Below are positions 1 through 12,240 of a DNA stretch of 64,000 nucleotides, piece after piece. Source of the stretch: Torpedo marmorata. Lineage: Eukaryota. Made by a program: the position numbers and the translations under genes. The DNA lies in the NCBI GenBank assembly GCA_977017645.1, contig OZ360238.1, positions 42,470,001 through 42,534,000 of the forward strand, in the 5' to 3' direction. How positions within the stretch are numbered: the stretch's first letter is position 1; every line of letters starts with the position of its first letter. The notes under the pieces were generated by a model that did no database searches, was not told the origin of the DNA, and worked only from the letters and a program-made list of their open reading frames with translations.

Positions 1-764
1 ATTTGCTGCCTTTTTCTTATCCCTGATATATTAAAAATGTACATTTGTTAGCCTTAATGGAGAATAATATATTTGGATAGTATTTAAAACTTTACAAAGT
101 ATTATTGTAATACTGTATTTCCATCATTTTCCTTTAAATCATCAGAACAGCAATATTAGCTCCCTCAATTCACATAGCACATCACTTCAAGACAAATGGC
201 ATGATTTAGCCTTCCTTGGAACTTATGATGATGGAAGAAGGATTTGCAAGCAGACAAGAAATGTTCAGTTTCATTGATGTTTTGAGAATCCCACTGGGAT
301 ATTAATATCCCACTGTAGAGGAACAGAAGTACTAACGTTCCTTAAGGTAGAAACCAAATCTTTGATGAGGTTCTAAAGGGAATTTTGTCCCTTGTTGCTT
401 ATTATTAACCTTTGGCCCCAGGATGTGACGTTAGTGTAACAACCCCAGGCTCCTTCAACAATTGTAGTTTGTTATCATGCAAATTAGATGTAAATGAGGC
501 AGGAAAGAATTACTCCTGAAGAAATGTCCCAAATTGAATTTCTCTGGAGGAACCTCCTCAATGCAGTTCTTATGGTTTTTCAAAAAAGAATTCTGGCAAT
601 GTACTGAATACACAATGTACTGATAGACTGAATACACTTCCCAGTGAGACATGTGGAGTATCCTGTTTATTTCTTGTGAGTTATGAAGACTTTTCTGAAG
701 GAGTAAAAGTGCTGTTTTATTTTTCTTATGTATTTTTAAAATACAATTGATAACATTGATATAA

Positions 765-1105
765 CTGAGTGCATTTGGAATTGGTACAGAGCCAGTATTT
801 TATTCAATAATCAGAAGGATCAGTGCCTAGATTACATAAGGAAGAAAAGGAGCTGTTGCTGGCACCTTGATGCTTGTGGAGAACTCTGGATAATTTGAAG
901 AGTGTCTGGTTCTAGACTGTGATAGGACTGCAGTGCAAAGCAGTCCTTACCTGGCTGAGCACGAACTAGCTCCTGCACACATCGCCACATTATTATCCAC
1001 TGGTGCGATCTACCCTTTGAGAAATAAAATGTCACTGTATAGAGAGTTTTGTCTTCCACATTTACACTTACAAGCACATGTGCCTACCTCTACCTCATGA
1101 GCCTG
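765..1105. repeat. Left arm of ~340-bp local inverted duplication
   Basis: Reverse complement of 1767-2107; manual alignment gives 6 substitutions and two 6-bp indels. Confidence 0.95.
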
Positions 1106-1766
1106 GAGTTACTGCCATTTTCAAGGCACATCATAAAACATTTAGCTCACAGAGAAAATACAGAGAAAAGATTTCATCGTATTGATATTGGACTGCAGCA
1201 TTTGCTTCCCATGGACGTTGTGTGGGAATGACTGTCGTATTCATGCAGTGCGAGCCTTTGACTGGATGCCAGAAATACTCAACTGGTCTGGCAGCATCTG
1301 TATAGAAAGAAATGGTGGTAGCATTGCAGTCAATCAGATTTTAGATCCTTCAAATGAACTCTACCACATTTATTTCCACAGATGTAGTCTGACCTTTTGC
1401 ATGTTTCCAGCATTTTCTGATTTTATTTCAGGTTTCCAACGTCCATAGTATTTTTATTTGATGTGTGTGTGTGACTCGGCGGATGTATTTTGTGGCAATT
1501 AATAGATACCAGTAAGCAAGAGGCTGGTCAATTAGAACAGGAGCTTGTTGTAGTGCAACTAAAGTGGAAAGTGCCTACCAGTATAACAATACTGCAGGAG
1601 TTGCCCAATATGCTGGCTTTCAAATAATAACACAATTTGAAAATGATTTAAAACATTTAATAACATAATCTGAGGACTGAGTGTTCTAACATTATTACAT
1701 TACAAACTGAAATTAAATTTGTGACCTCTTGCATTGTCTAATTATTATGTAAATTGTTTCTGTAAG

Positions 1767-2107
1767 CAGGCTCATGAGGTAGAGGTAGGCACATGTGCTT
1801 GTAAATGTGGAAGACAAAACTCTCTATACAATGACATTTTATTTCTCAAAGGGTAGATCGCACCAGTGGATAATAATGTGGCGATGTGTGCAGGAGCTAC
1901 CGGTAGTTCGTGCTCAGCCAGGTAAGGACTGCTTTGCACTGCAGTCCTATCACAGTCTAGAACCAGACACTCTTCAAATTATCCAGAGTTCTCCACAAGC
2001 ATCAAGGTGCCAGCAACAGCTCCTTTTCTTCCTTATGTAATCTAGGCGCTGATCCTACTGATTATTGAGTAAAAGACTGGCTCTGTACCAATTCCAAATG
2101 CATTCAG
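1767..2107. repeat. Right arm of ~340-bp local inverted duplication
   Basis: Reverse complement of 765-1105; ~660-bp spacer; no TSD or TE-like termini seen. Confidence 0.95.
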
Positions 2108-2359
2108 AACTGTACCAAAGATAAACAGCTTTAAACTTTTAACCTGCAAATCCCCTTCACATAGCAGCAGAGAGAAATGGATGAGGTCCCCTTGTTCATT
2201 CATACCATAGCTTGAGTCAGTAAGTTTAAAAAAAAAACACATTCAGTGCTTTGATTTTAAATTGCTTATATGGAATAACCATATCTGAAATTCTTTTGAC
2301 CTTAAACCAGATGCACAGAAATAACTTACTCTTATTAAAATATAAAATTGAACAAAATA

Positions 2360-2527
2360 AGATGGAAATACACAGCAGGAAAAGCAGCATTTATGGATAG
2401 AGGAACATCATTAACATTTCAAGTCTGATGAAAGATTAGAGACCTACAATGTTAACTCTTCGACTCGTTCCACAAATGTTGCATACCACCAGAATTTTTA
2501 TGTTTTATTTGTAGATTTACAGCATCT
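2360..2527. mobile_element. Old palindromic Penelope-derived short element (degraded)
   Basis: Degenerate version of the fold-back element at 12638-12835, with CTGATGAAAG at the centre. Similar remnants lie near 1270-1445, 13630-13692, 27890-27985, 30833-30890, 34020-34120, 41670-41770, 42600-42700, 42935-43010 and 44870-44960. Confidence 0.55.
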
Positions 2528-2639
2528 TTTGCTTTTGGGTGATTAAAATGTGTTGTTCTTTTCTTCCTCCACTTGACCTTTAAAACCCTCTCTTTTGATC
2601 ACTGTGCAACACGTTGGCTGGAATGGCAGAGGTGCACTG

Positions 2640-2800
2640 AGGCTCAGATCCATGGGGCATTATTTCAGAAAAAGCAGTCACTCACTTAAGGAGGAGATGA
2701 GGAAGGCTATGAATCTTTGGAGTTTTCTACACCATTGCGATGTGAAGGCTGACCCATTAATGCATTCAAGTCTGAGATAGATTTTTGGATTATAGAGGAG
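2640..2800 (+). mobile_element. CR1 LINE 3' fragment (old)
   Basis: Resembles the CR1 ORF2 end (GAGATGAGGAAG...GAATCTTTGG...TTCAAGTCTGAGATAGATTTTTG). Confidence 0.55.
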
Positions 2801-2835
2801 CCATCATTAGATTGCCCCACTTTTCAGCACTCATT

Positions 2836-3568
2836 TATGGCTTGGCTTCGTGAATGAAGATTTAGGAAGGGGGCTGTCCACGTCTGCTGCAGGCTCGCTG
2901 GTGGCTGACGAGACATGCCCGGCCGCAGCTGCTGCAAGGGAAATTCTGTTCTGGGTTTGGTGCTGCTGTGCCACGGTTCTTCCTCCATCTCCTTTTGTCC
3001 TCAAGGCCAGCCCTGCATGCGTTCTCAAAGGAGGAGACAGACTGGTGAATGGTGTGTCGCCAGGCCACGCGATCGGAGGCTAGAGCAGACCACTGGTGAT
3101 GGTCAATGTGACAGGCACCAAGGGATTTCTTCAGAGAGTCCTTGTACCTCTTTTTCAGAGCCCCTCTGTCACAGTGGCCAGTGGAGAGTTCGCCAGACAG
3201 CACAATCTTGGGCAGGTGATGATCCTCCATCCTGGAGACGTGCCCTGCCCAGCGTAGCTGCGTCTTCAACAGCATGGTCTTGATGCTGGTAACCTCCGCT
3301 TGTTCGAGAACTTCAATGTTGGTGACAAAGTCACTCCAGTGGATGTTGAGGATGGTGCGGAGGCAGCGCTGGTGGAAGCGCTCAAGGAGTTGTAGGTGGT
3401 GACGGTAGGAGACCCACGACTCGGAGCCGTACAGGAGGGTGGTCAGTACAACGGCTCTGTACACACTGATCTTTGTGCCTTTCTTCAGATGCTTTTTGTT
3501 CCAGACTCTTTTGTACAGCCTGCCGAATGCGCTGTTTGTCTTTGCCAGTCTATTGTCAACCTCTTTAT
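2836..3568 (-). mobile_element. 5'-truncated RTE-clade LINE (RT thumb and C-terminus), 82-bp TSD
   Basis: ORF 2862-3568 has RTE motifs SAFGRL, LLYGSESW, FHQRCLRTIL, QLRWAGHVSRM and a C-terminal CxxC..H..C. It is flanked by direct repeats 2754-2835 and 3569-3650 (3 mismatches). Confidence 0.9.
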
Positions 3569-3847
3569 CCATTAATGCATTCAAGTCTGAGATAGATTTT
3601 TGGATTATAGAGGAGCCATCATTGGATTGCTCCACTTTGCAGCACTCATTACTTTTTTTTATTGTTCAACTATTTTCTCTCTTAAAGTATTTTCCAATTG
3701 TTTTTTTTTAATTGTTACTAAATCTACTTCCATCATACTCCCAGGTGATGCATTTCAAATGATACCAATCAGAATTTTTCTCAATTCCCATGTGGATTTT
3801 TGGAAATTATTTTAATTTCTTGTCCTCCTGCAACCAGTTCTCCTGTT

Positions 3848-5356
3848 GAGAGTATTAAATATTTGGGAGTTAAAGTAGATACAAATTTGGAAAATTTGTA
3901 TAAATTAAATTATACACCTTTATTTACTAAAATAAAAAAAGATTTAGAGCTTTGGAAAGACTTACCGATAACGTTGATGGGAAGAGTAAATTGTATTAAA
4001 ATGAATGTTTTTCCAAGAATTCAATATCTTTTTCAATCGATTCCTTATGGTATTCCAAATAAATTTTTTAAAGATTTAAAATTTATTGTTAGGAAATTTC
4101 TATGGAAAGGAAAGTTGGCAAGAGTAAGTATAGATAAATTAACATGGAATTATGAAATGGGAGGATTACAACTTCCTAATTTTCAATATTATTATAAAGT
4201 AGCTCAGTTAAAATTTATTAATGAATTTTTTGATTTGGATAAAACTTCTGCTTGGATTAATATAGAATTGAATAATATGGGAGAAATACATAAAGAAGAT
4301 ATTATTTATAAATGGAACCCTAAATTATTATTACTTAAAAAGAAAAAAACACCAATTATTAAACATTTGTTGGAAATTTGGTCGCAAGTAGATAAGGAGA
4401 TAGGTCAAAAAGGATTAATTTCTTTAAATACACCAATATATCAGAATCCACTTTTACCATTTTCTATGGATAATCAATTACTTAAATTATGGTTTTTAAA
4501 GGGAGTTAAGACATTAAAAGATTGTTTTGAAGCAGGTAAATTTGTTACCTTTCAGAGGTTAAAGGAAAAATTTAATATATTAGATAATACAATGTTAGTT
4601 TATTTTCAAGTTAGAGCTTTTTTGATTGAAAGATTAGGGAATGAATTAACAGTATTAAGACAAAGTGAATTGGAGTTGTTAATTACTAAAGTTAATGTTA
4701 ATAAATTTATATCACAGATGTACAAGTTGTTTCAAAGAAAAATGTCTAAGGTAGGAGAGCATAAGTCTAGATTGAAATGGGAGTCTGATTTGAATGTTAA
4801 TATAGATGAAAAACACTGGAAAGATTTATGTAAACTAAGTATGACAAAAGTTATTAATGTGAGATATAGATTAGTACAATATAATTTTTTTCATCAATTG
4901 TATTTGACACCTAGAAAATTGAAGAAATTTAACCCAGCGTTATCAGATACGTGTTTCAGATGTAAAACTGAAATAGGATCTTTTGTACATTGTACATGGT
5001 CATGTTCAAAGATTCAAGAATTTTGGTTGAAAGTTAAGAATTTTTTAGAAAGAATTTTTAATGTTGAAATTGCAATGGATCCTATGTTATTTTTATTTGG
5101 AGACATTAAAAAATTTAGTATTAGACATAAATTGAATATGTATCAAGTAGAATTTTTACGTATAATATTAGCAATTTCAAAAAAATGTATAGCTATTACT
5201 TGGAAATCGGATGTTGATTTAAATTTAGAACGATGGCATGCAGAGTTACGGTCATGTATACCATTGGAAAAAATTACCTATAATTTACGAAATAAATATC
5301 ATTCTTTTTTAAAAATTTGGGGCCCATATACGAGGATTATGGGTTTAACATTATGA
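3848..5356 (+). pseudogene. L1 ORF2 C-terminal ~500 codons, uninterrupted but lacking its 5' part
   Basis: IKYLG, GRVNCIKMNVFP, GGLQLPNF and the CCHC-type finger CFRC..HCTWSC; stop at 5354-5356. Confidence 0.92.
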
Positions 5357-5656
5357 ATTCTCTGGATATTAGACCTACCGGCGAAACAACCTCTAAGATA
5401 TATTAGTGTTTTTTTTTTTAAGCTTATTGACTCCTCGTTCTATCTTTATATCTCTACTTTTTCTTTTATCTTTACTATTATTATTTTATATTTTTTTAAA
5501 TTAGATTAGGGGGGTATAGGGGCTAGGGAGGGGAGGGTGGGATGAGGGGGGGAGAAAATGTAATCACATGTATTTTTTAAGAATTATATGCAAGTTATTT
5601 TATGTAATGTGTGATTTAAAATTTAAATAAAATATTTAAAAAAAAAAAAAAAAAAA
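3848..5656 (+). mobile_element. Young 5'-truncated L1 LINE
   Basis: Perfect 16-bp TSD AACCAGTTCTCCTGTT (3832-3847 and 5657-5672), AATAAA at 5626-5631, pure poly(A) at 5638-5658, G-rich 3'UTR tract at 5509-5552. Confidence 0.95.
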
Positions 5657-5899
5657 AACCAGTTCTCCTGTTATTGAAAACTGTTTCTTCTATTTTCTTT
5701 GTCAATATCCTTCATGGTTTAGAATGCGTTGATCAAATCTTCATTGTCCTTCGCGGCAGTAATAAAAATAATATCATCTTCTAACTGTAATCCCCCCTAC
5801 GCTATACCATGATAATAAATTTCTTTGTTATTCACTCCACATCTTGACCTCAGTCCCTAGTTAGGATCATGTATTCATTGTTACTAATGTAATGAAATA

Positions 5900-6121
5900 C
5901 AATAAAACCCCTGGTTTCCAGCACTTATGGGGACTATTAGATGCCGGCTAAGTGGATTTGCCAGTTGCTTGAGATTGCTTGTTGCGTGATTGGCGAACTA
6001 ACCGCGAGGCGCGTCAATTTTAAACTTTCGTATTTTTTTACCTGTTTATTTCCCGCAAATTTTTTTGCTGGTTGCTTGAGGCTGCCGGTTGCTTGAATTC
6101 CGGATAACATGGATTTTACTG
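5900..6121 (+). mobile_element. Tc1/mariner (Tigger/pogo-type) MITE, copy 1
   Basis: Ends CAATAAAACCCC and GGATTTTACTG, TA on both sides; ~220 bp, similar to copies at 27309 and 43896. Confidence 0.85.
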
Positions 6122-7741
6122 TATAGGTTTATCACATTTCACTATGGCGATAATCCCTGTAACCTCTTTAATTCATCACCTCATTGTTCCTATCGTTCCT
6201 AACATGCAGCATTTAGCTACTTCACTCCAGTTCCAATCAGCATTCTCAGATCATAGCCCAAGTTTGCAAAGATGTGATTTGTATCTACTGCGGGGAATCT
6301 CTCCATGTTTCACAGGGTGATGTCCAGAATTTCCTCAAACCCACCATTGCCTTTCACAGAAATCCCGATGATACTGCAGAAACTTCCCCACACAAGGACA
6401 ATAAGGTTATAACCCCATCGTGAGTACACACTGCATTTACTGCAGTCTTCTCCAGCCCACAGAGACCAAACAAACACAAGGTTATGCCTGAAGTTCATTT
6501 TCACTTGCTGTTTGACTGGTTGTTGAATTATGATGATGACTTTAATTGAACTATTTTAGTTTCATGTAGTTCTGTTTAGCAGAGAGAGGAAGGTTCTGTT
6601 GATTATTTTTTTGCCAAAGGGAGCAAATCTTACCGGAAATTCAGACCTTGGTTATTATTGTACTGATGTTCAGTGCCTGGATCTTCAGAAATAAAAGCAG
6701 TGAAAATACAACTCAGCTTTAATTGCAGCCTCAGCACCAAGTACCATTCAATTCCACAGTGACTCAAGGGCCACGAGGAATTTTTAGCTCCCAGACTACA
6801 TTTTATAAAAATAATCTTGTACTGTACTGACATTTACTGTTGGCTATTCAATACCAGCATTTCCATGTTTCAGCAACGTATATTATGTGCAATATATACT
6901 TATAACAAATAAGTGCAAATGAAAATAATCATTATTTTTAGGTATCAGCCTCATTAAATGTAATAATTAACAATAATGTCCTTTTGTTTTCTCTGTCTGT
7001 CCCTATTTTATTGAACAAATTAACATTCAAATCATGGAAACTAATGATGTTAAGGACTGAACCTTATGGGACAGATGATATGTGAGAGACAGATTAAACT
7101 TTATAGAATTGGAAGATGGCAATTACTGAAGTGCCTTAGTTTACTTCTGTGGATGCTAATTCAGCTTGTCAAGAACTCTTCCCTTTGTGGCAAAAAGCAC
7201 AAAGTTTGAAGAGAAAGAGAAATTGGACGTTGGTATTTGTTCTTACTTTGACTGTTTCATTGTAAGAATCTTTCTTTCTTATATTACATAAAGGGTGCAG
7301 TGAGTACAAGAGAACTAAATGCAAAATCTGGATGAAATAATTCCACCTTTTAAGACACAAAATAATTTGTGAAGGTGTATTGATGATAAGCTCTTTTCCA
7401 ATGGAAACAAGTTGCTTAAAAGAAGCAAGAAATTATTTTTAATATAAATAATTATGGCCCTTTTCAAATATTCTAAGTTTCTGTTTGGAAAATAATTTTG
7501 TATATGTCTGCATTTTCATTCAAGAATGTTGATAAAAATGATTGTAATCATTTTATTATTTATTTCTTTTCTCTTCCCATCCAATTTATTTGATTTTAAT
7601 AGCAGTTGTTTTAAATTTCATCACATGCCCTAATCATAAACTGAAGACATTTGTATTCTATTGTATATTGTATATTTATAGCATTGAATGTGCTTTTTAT
7701 GACTTTACTGGTAATCCAGAAAATTGCTAAAATTGTTCAAC

Positions 7742-7762
7742 ATATATATATATATATATATA
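7742..7762. repeat. (AT)n microsatellite
   Basis: Direct reading. Confidence 0.9.
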
Positions 7763-8846
7763 AATAAGTAAACAGAAAAGCACACTACTCACATGTGCCC
7801 GACAAGCTTGTTTCGTGGATCTTTCCACTCTACATAAATAAAAACTGGGTAGTCAGATTACAATATTGATTGTTGAAAAATAACCCTGCATAATTCTTCA
7901 GAGGCAAAATAGCCCATGTGGTTTATCACATTAATCTTTTCAAAAGAAAAATTGCCTTAGGTTCTGCTGTTTTTTAATCTACATGTACAACCTAAAGCCA
8001 ATTAAACTTGCACAAAATATTTAGTGATATTCGTTAACCACATTTATTTAGTTTGTAAGAAATACGAAATATTGGAAGGAAGAAAACCTGCAGAAAAGGT
8101 GTTCTCAATCCCAAACATCACAATAACATTTGATTTATTTGGTTGCAGAAGCTTAACTTAGTGGCCTCTGAATGTTGGGATTTTGTGTTTATTTCTTGGA
8201 TATTTTAAAGTGTTATTTCTCCTGAAATAACATTGGGGAATTTAGAAGTAACAGATGACATCAACTCTTTATAAGACTAGAATAATTGAGAGTCGTATGT
8301 ACAAGTAAGAAAGGTGTCCCTCATCTGAATAGCTTGATTAATTTCTGATCTTCATCACATGTTTCTGTACAAGCCTGACAGAGTCTTTACTGAAATTATA
8401 GTTCTTGAATTCAAACGCATTGAAATTTATTTTCAATTGTCTGGTCATTTTGAGGAATGAAATCAATGGGAACTACATTATCTCCTTACACGCAGGACTT
8501 ATTTCCGGAAGTGATGAACCATTCTCTTTGATACAGTTGCACATCAGTAATTAGTCCTACTTATGATATTGACAACAGGATTTGGCCAAAGATGAGCAGA
8601 GCTGCCTTTTAATTTTTTTTCAGGAAGAAGTTTAGCTTAAGTAACAAATTCACAAACATCAATGTTAATTCATAAATACTTAAACTAATCAGGAGTAAAA
8701 AAAATAAATAGCTTTATGGAATACATGGGCTGAGTGTGACTTCACCACCAGGGAATTATCTACCCATGAAAGTATTCATCCAATCAGCATTTAATTAATT
8801 ATCATCCCAGTGAGTAAATGCTCATTTCAGGCAGCTTGTTTGAATT

Positions 8847-9111
8847 AAATCACGAAAATCTGTAGACACCGTGGTTGAAGTAAAAAACACAAATGCTGGA
8901 GAAACTCAGCAGGTCAAACAGAGTCTTTTATGTAGCAAAGGTAGAAATACATAACCGACGTTTCGGGCTTGAGCCCTTCATCAAAGTATGAGAAAATGCC
9001 GGCAGGCGTCCGAACAAAAGAATGGGGGGGGGGGTGGGGTGGCAAAGGCAGGAGATGATAGGTGGAGAAAGGAGGGAGGGATGGCTGGGTGGGTGGATTG
9101 AATTGATTGAA
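8847..9111 (-). mobile_element. Penelope-like element 3' end (pLTR) with hammerhead-like core
   Basis: Same family as 12638-12835; 11-bp TSD TTGTTTGAATT (8836-8846 and 9112-9122); minus-strand TTGATGA-A-GGGC-TCAA-GCCC-GAAAC. Confidence 0.8.
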
Positions 9112-11937
9112 TTGTTTGAATTGAAGTAGAGAATCAGATTTCTTGTCCCGGTTTTACATAAAATATTGGTTTCATTTCAGTGAACTTTCATGAGATCAAT
9201 TTCAGGGAAGTTTTAATCCCCAATATCAACCTTTTTATGACCCACCTTGCATCCCTTTCCTTGTGGTGCTTTTTAATCTGTATCTGGTGCTCCCTTTTGC
9301 TGCATTAATGGGTACTGCAAATGCATGAATTATTTTGGTAAAATAGCTGCTAAAATGCTGACTACAGGGACTCCATTACCCAAGTTTCACGCAAAGGTAA
9401 AAAAAATTATACAGCTTTAACAGCTTGAGGAGGTATCCTTGTAAAGGATGTAAACAACCGCATCTGCTAACGCGGTTGGAAGAAGCAAAGCTCAAATGCA
9501 CTGCACCCATGCTTCTGAGAAGGCTAATGAGATTTTGCTGTTGAAAAGCCACAGTGAGCCAAGCTACAGAAACCTGTGTAGTGCTCAAAAGCCATGCTGG
9601 GTTAATAAATTCCACCTTCCTGATGTCTGTTTAATATCCAGCGATAACTTAGTGTTGCCATAAATAAATGATGTTGATACAGGTGCATATTCATTTATTA
9701 TTGCTTGTTGTCATGACACTGAGATTGTGATATATATCTTCCAAGAGTTTTGCCATTGGTATTTCTTTAATTAATCTGCTAAAAGGTTGTTTTTTTAAAA
9801 TTTCCCCTGGAGTTTTTACTCACTTCTTTTTAAGGTTTGCCGTTACTTATCTTTCATGCCACTGACTTTATTTTGTTGCTCAACACAGTTAACATCGGGC
9901 TAGTCTGTGTTCAGCTATTGTGGCTATTTGAGTTAACTTGCTTGCCCTTTACTCCCTGGAGAATGGGTCTGATCCTCTTAGGTCATCCATATCTGGAGGA
10001 GCGAACCCACTAGATATTGGTCCAGCACTTTAAAACGTCAGATGCTACTGTTAAAACCCACTAAGACATAGTTTTTGATTTTCAAAATTGTATTCTGCAG
10101 GCAGCGTTACCCACACTTGTGTAAATAAATTAATAGACTTTATGGTGCTGGAGACTTTGGCAAAATGCTTAAATATCAATGCACTTAATTTGTAGAGATT
10201 ATTCATTGCTAAATACATTCAACAGCATATTGTTTATGATGAGTTAGTCCTTCCCGTTACTAATATCCTTCCTCATATGGTCAACACGAGGAGACTACAC
10301 AGCTGATAATTCTGTGTTATCCCTTATTTCATCTCCCAGTTTTCTGCCTGACCTGTCTCTTCTTGTCACCTTGCTTACTTCATCCATGAAGATGATTTAT
10401 TTCCAGTGGGGAAAAAACCTCTTCACAAATATCATCCATGTCATTGTATTTATTTTTTCTGAGAAACAAAGCATTAGCGCCTTTGTATTACCCATCTTAT
10501 GTCAGTTTTATTGAAAATAACTCAACACTTTACAATAATGATGATGCATGAAAGATGACTTTGGGAATGGGATGCAGTCTAGTTTGCAATATATTGAGTC
10601 TTCTGTAGATTTTGCAAAGTTTGCAAAAATTCTTCAAATTGAACACACATATTCTTGAATTCATCTGATTTATTACTTCAAAATATATCACTTACCTTTT
10701 TGAGAATAGGTTTTAAGAAAGAATATTACCAAATGTATCTAACGTTTGAAAATAGCTTCAGATGAAGCAATAATAATCAGGATCCTGTAAAATTAGTTCT
10801 GTTTATATTATCCTTCATCAGATGGTGTTTCCTGCTAACAGCAGCAAGGTTATTTTTAATGTATTGTGTATTGATGAGAATATTCAAACTGGATACTTGA
10901 GTGGGTTAGTCTTGGATCATAGACCACTCATTAGGTGACAGCTAATGCATTTTCGAGCACTATATTTTGTCTGCAATTCAACTGACCCATTGTTATCCAC
11001 AATCTTACACCACTTCATTCTTGCATTGATAACACTTGTATTGGTTGGAGATTTGTGCATTGTGCATTTTGCATCTTCTACATGTCTTGATGCGAGAGGC
11101 CAGTTGTCCTTGATAGCTGACTTAAAGGATATTTCTTTGTTGTTAGCTGACTGGTTTTGCGCTCTTTCTTTTGGTAGAGCATTTCATTGTTATCAAACAC
11201 TTCAGCAGCAATTTGCAATTTTTTAGTGTCTTTAACACGGGAGAAAAGATCAACATGCTTTATTCGGCAAAATATAAATAAAAACAAGCAGGATTCATGT
11301 TAACAATCTGTGATATTCTGGTAATCTGGCCTCTGATCTCTGGATTAGGAAAGAGATGATCCAGCTACCAACCAATAAGCAAATCTTCCCATTTCACTTC
11401 GTTTTAATTTGGTCGCACAGTATTAAATGCTGATTTTATGGAGTTCTTTGCATTAACAATTTTAAAGTTGGAATTTAAACTGTTTATTCATAACACTTAA
11501 TTTATGCATTGTTCAAGCAAAGCTAGCTTTCATCATAGAAAGAAGTGTCTTTCACTCCTAACCTTGTGAATTTGGTAATTGATCTTTGAAAGCCATGATA
11601 ATTGAAAGTGCTCTAATGCTTAAGAGAATTTTTGGACTAAGAAATGAAATATATTATCCCATCAGTTCAATAATGCTTGCAAAATGCCAACTTGATATAT
11701 CAAAATTCCAGTGACTCTGATGTTACATTCACATTGAAAAGAATGTGGGAAGGAGAAAATGGAATGGAAGAAGTCTTAAGTACTGGACACTCTTCTGGTT
11801 TCCAGGACTGGAAATCAAATCCTTGCTCTTCACCTCCGTTTTGACAGCCCTAGCTGTTGATACATTATTGAAATATATACCAGAATGGTAAAATGTAATC
11901 CATTATTGTTTTATTTATAATCTTCAATATCACCCCA

Positions 11938-12141
11938 AGCCATTCTCAATCTTTTTTTTGACTATGGCCCCCTTAGAACTCTGTTCAAAGTTTATGGGCC
12001 CCCTTCCCTGTGAGGCAGTCAAGTTTAGTTGGTTTCTTCCGTACTTTTCTCCTACTGACTACATAATATTTTATGATTTCAGTCCGTGGCCCCCGCCTTA
12101 AATATGCTGTGGCCCCCAGGTGGGCTGTATGAGAATGGCTG
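11938..12141 (+). mobile_element. hAT (Charlie-like) MITE, copy 1
   Basis: Inverted ends AGCCATTCTCA and TGAGAATGGCTG; homologous to 19279-19488. Confidence 0.75.
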
Positions 12142-12240
12142 CCCTAAGGTGTGCAGCAATTTGAGGAGTTTGCGAGTGGTCAGTGGGACCTTTAAAGAAA
12201 TATTTCTCAGCAGATTGTATACATTGGGAAGAGTTAAATT

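Noticed and set aside
832-2040. Pair of near-identical 81-aa ORFs as duplicated genes
   Set aside because: By-product of the inverted duplication; non-ATG starts and no recognisable domain.
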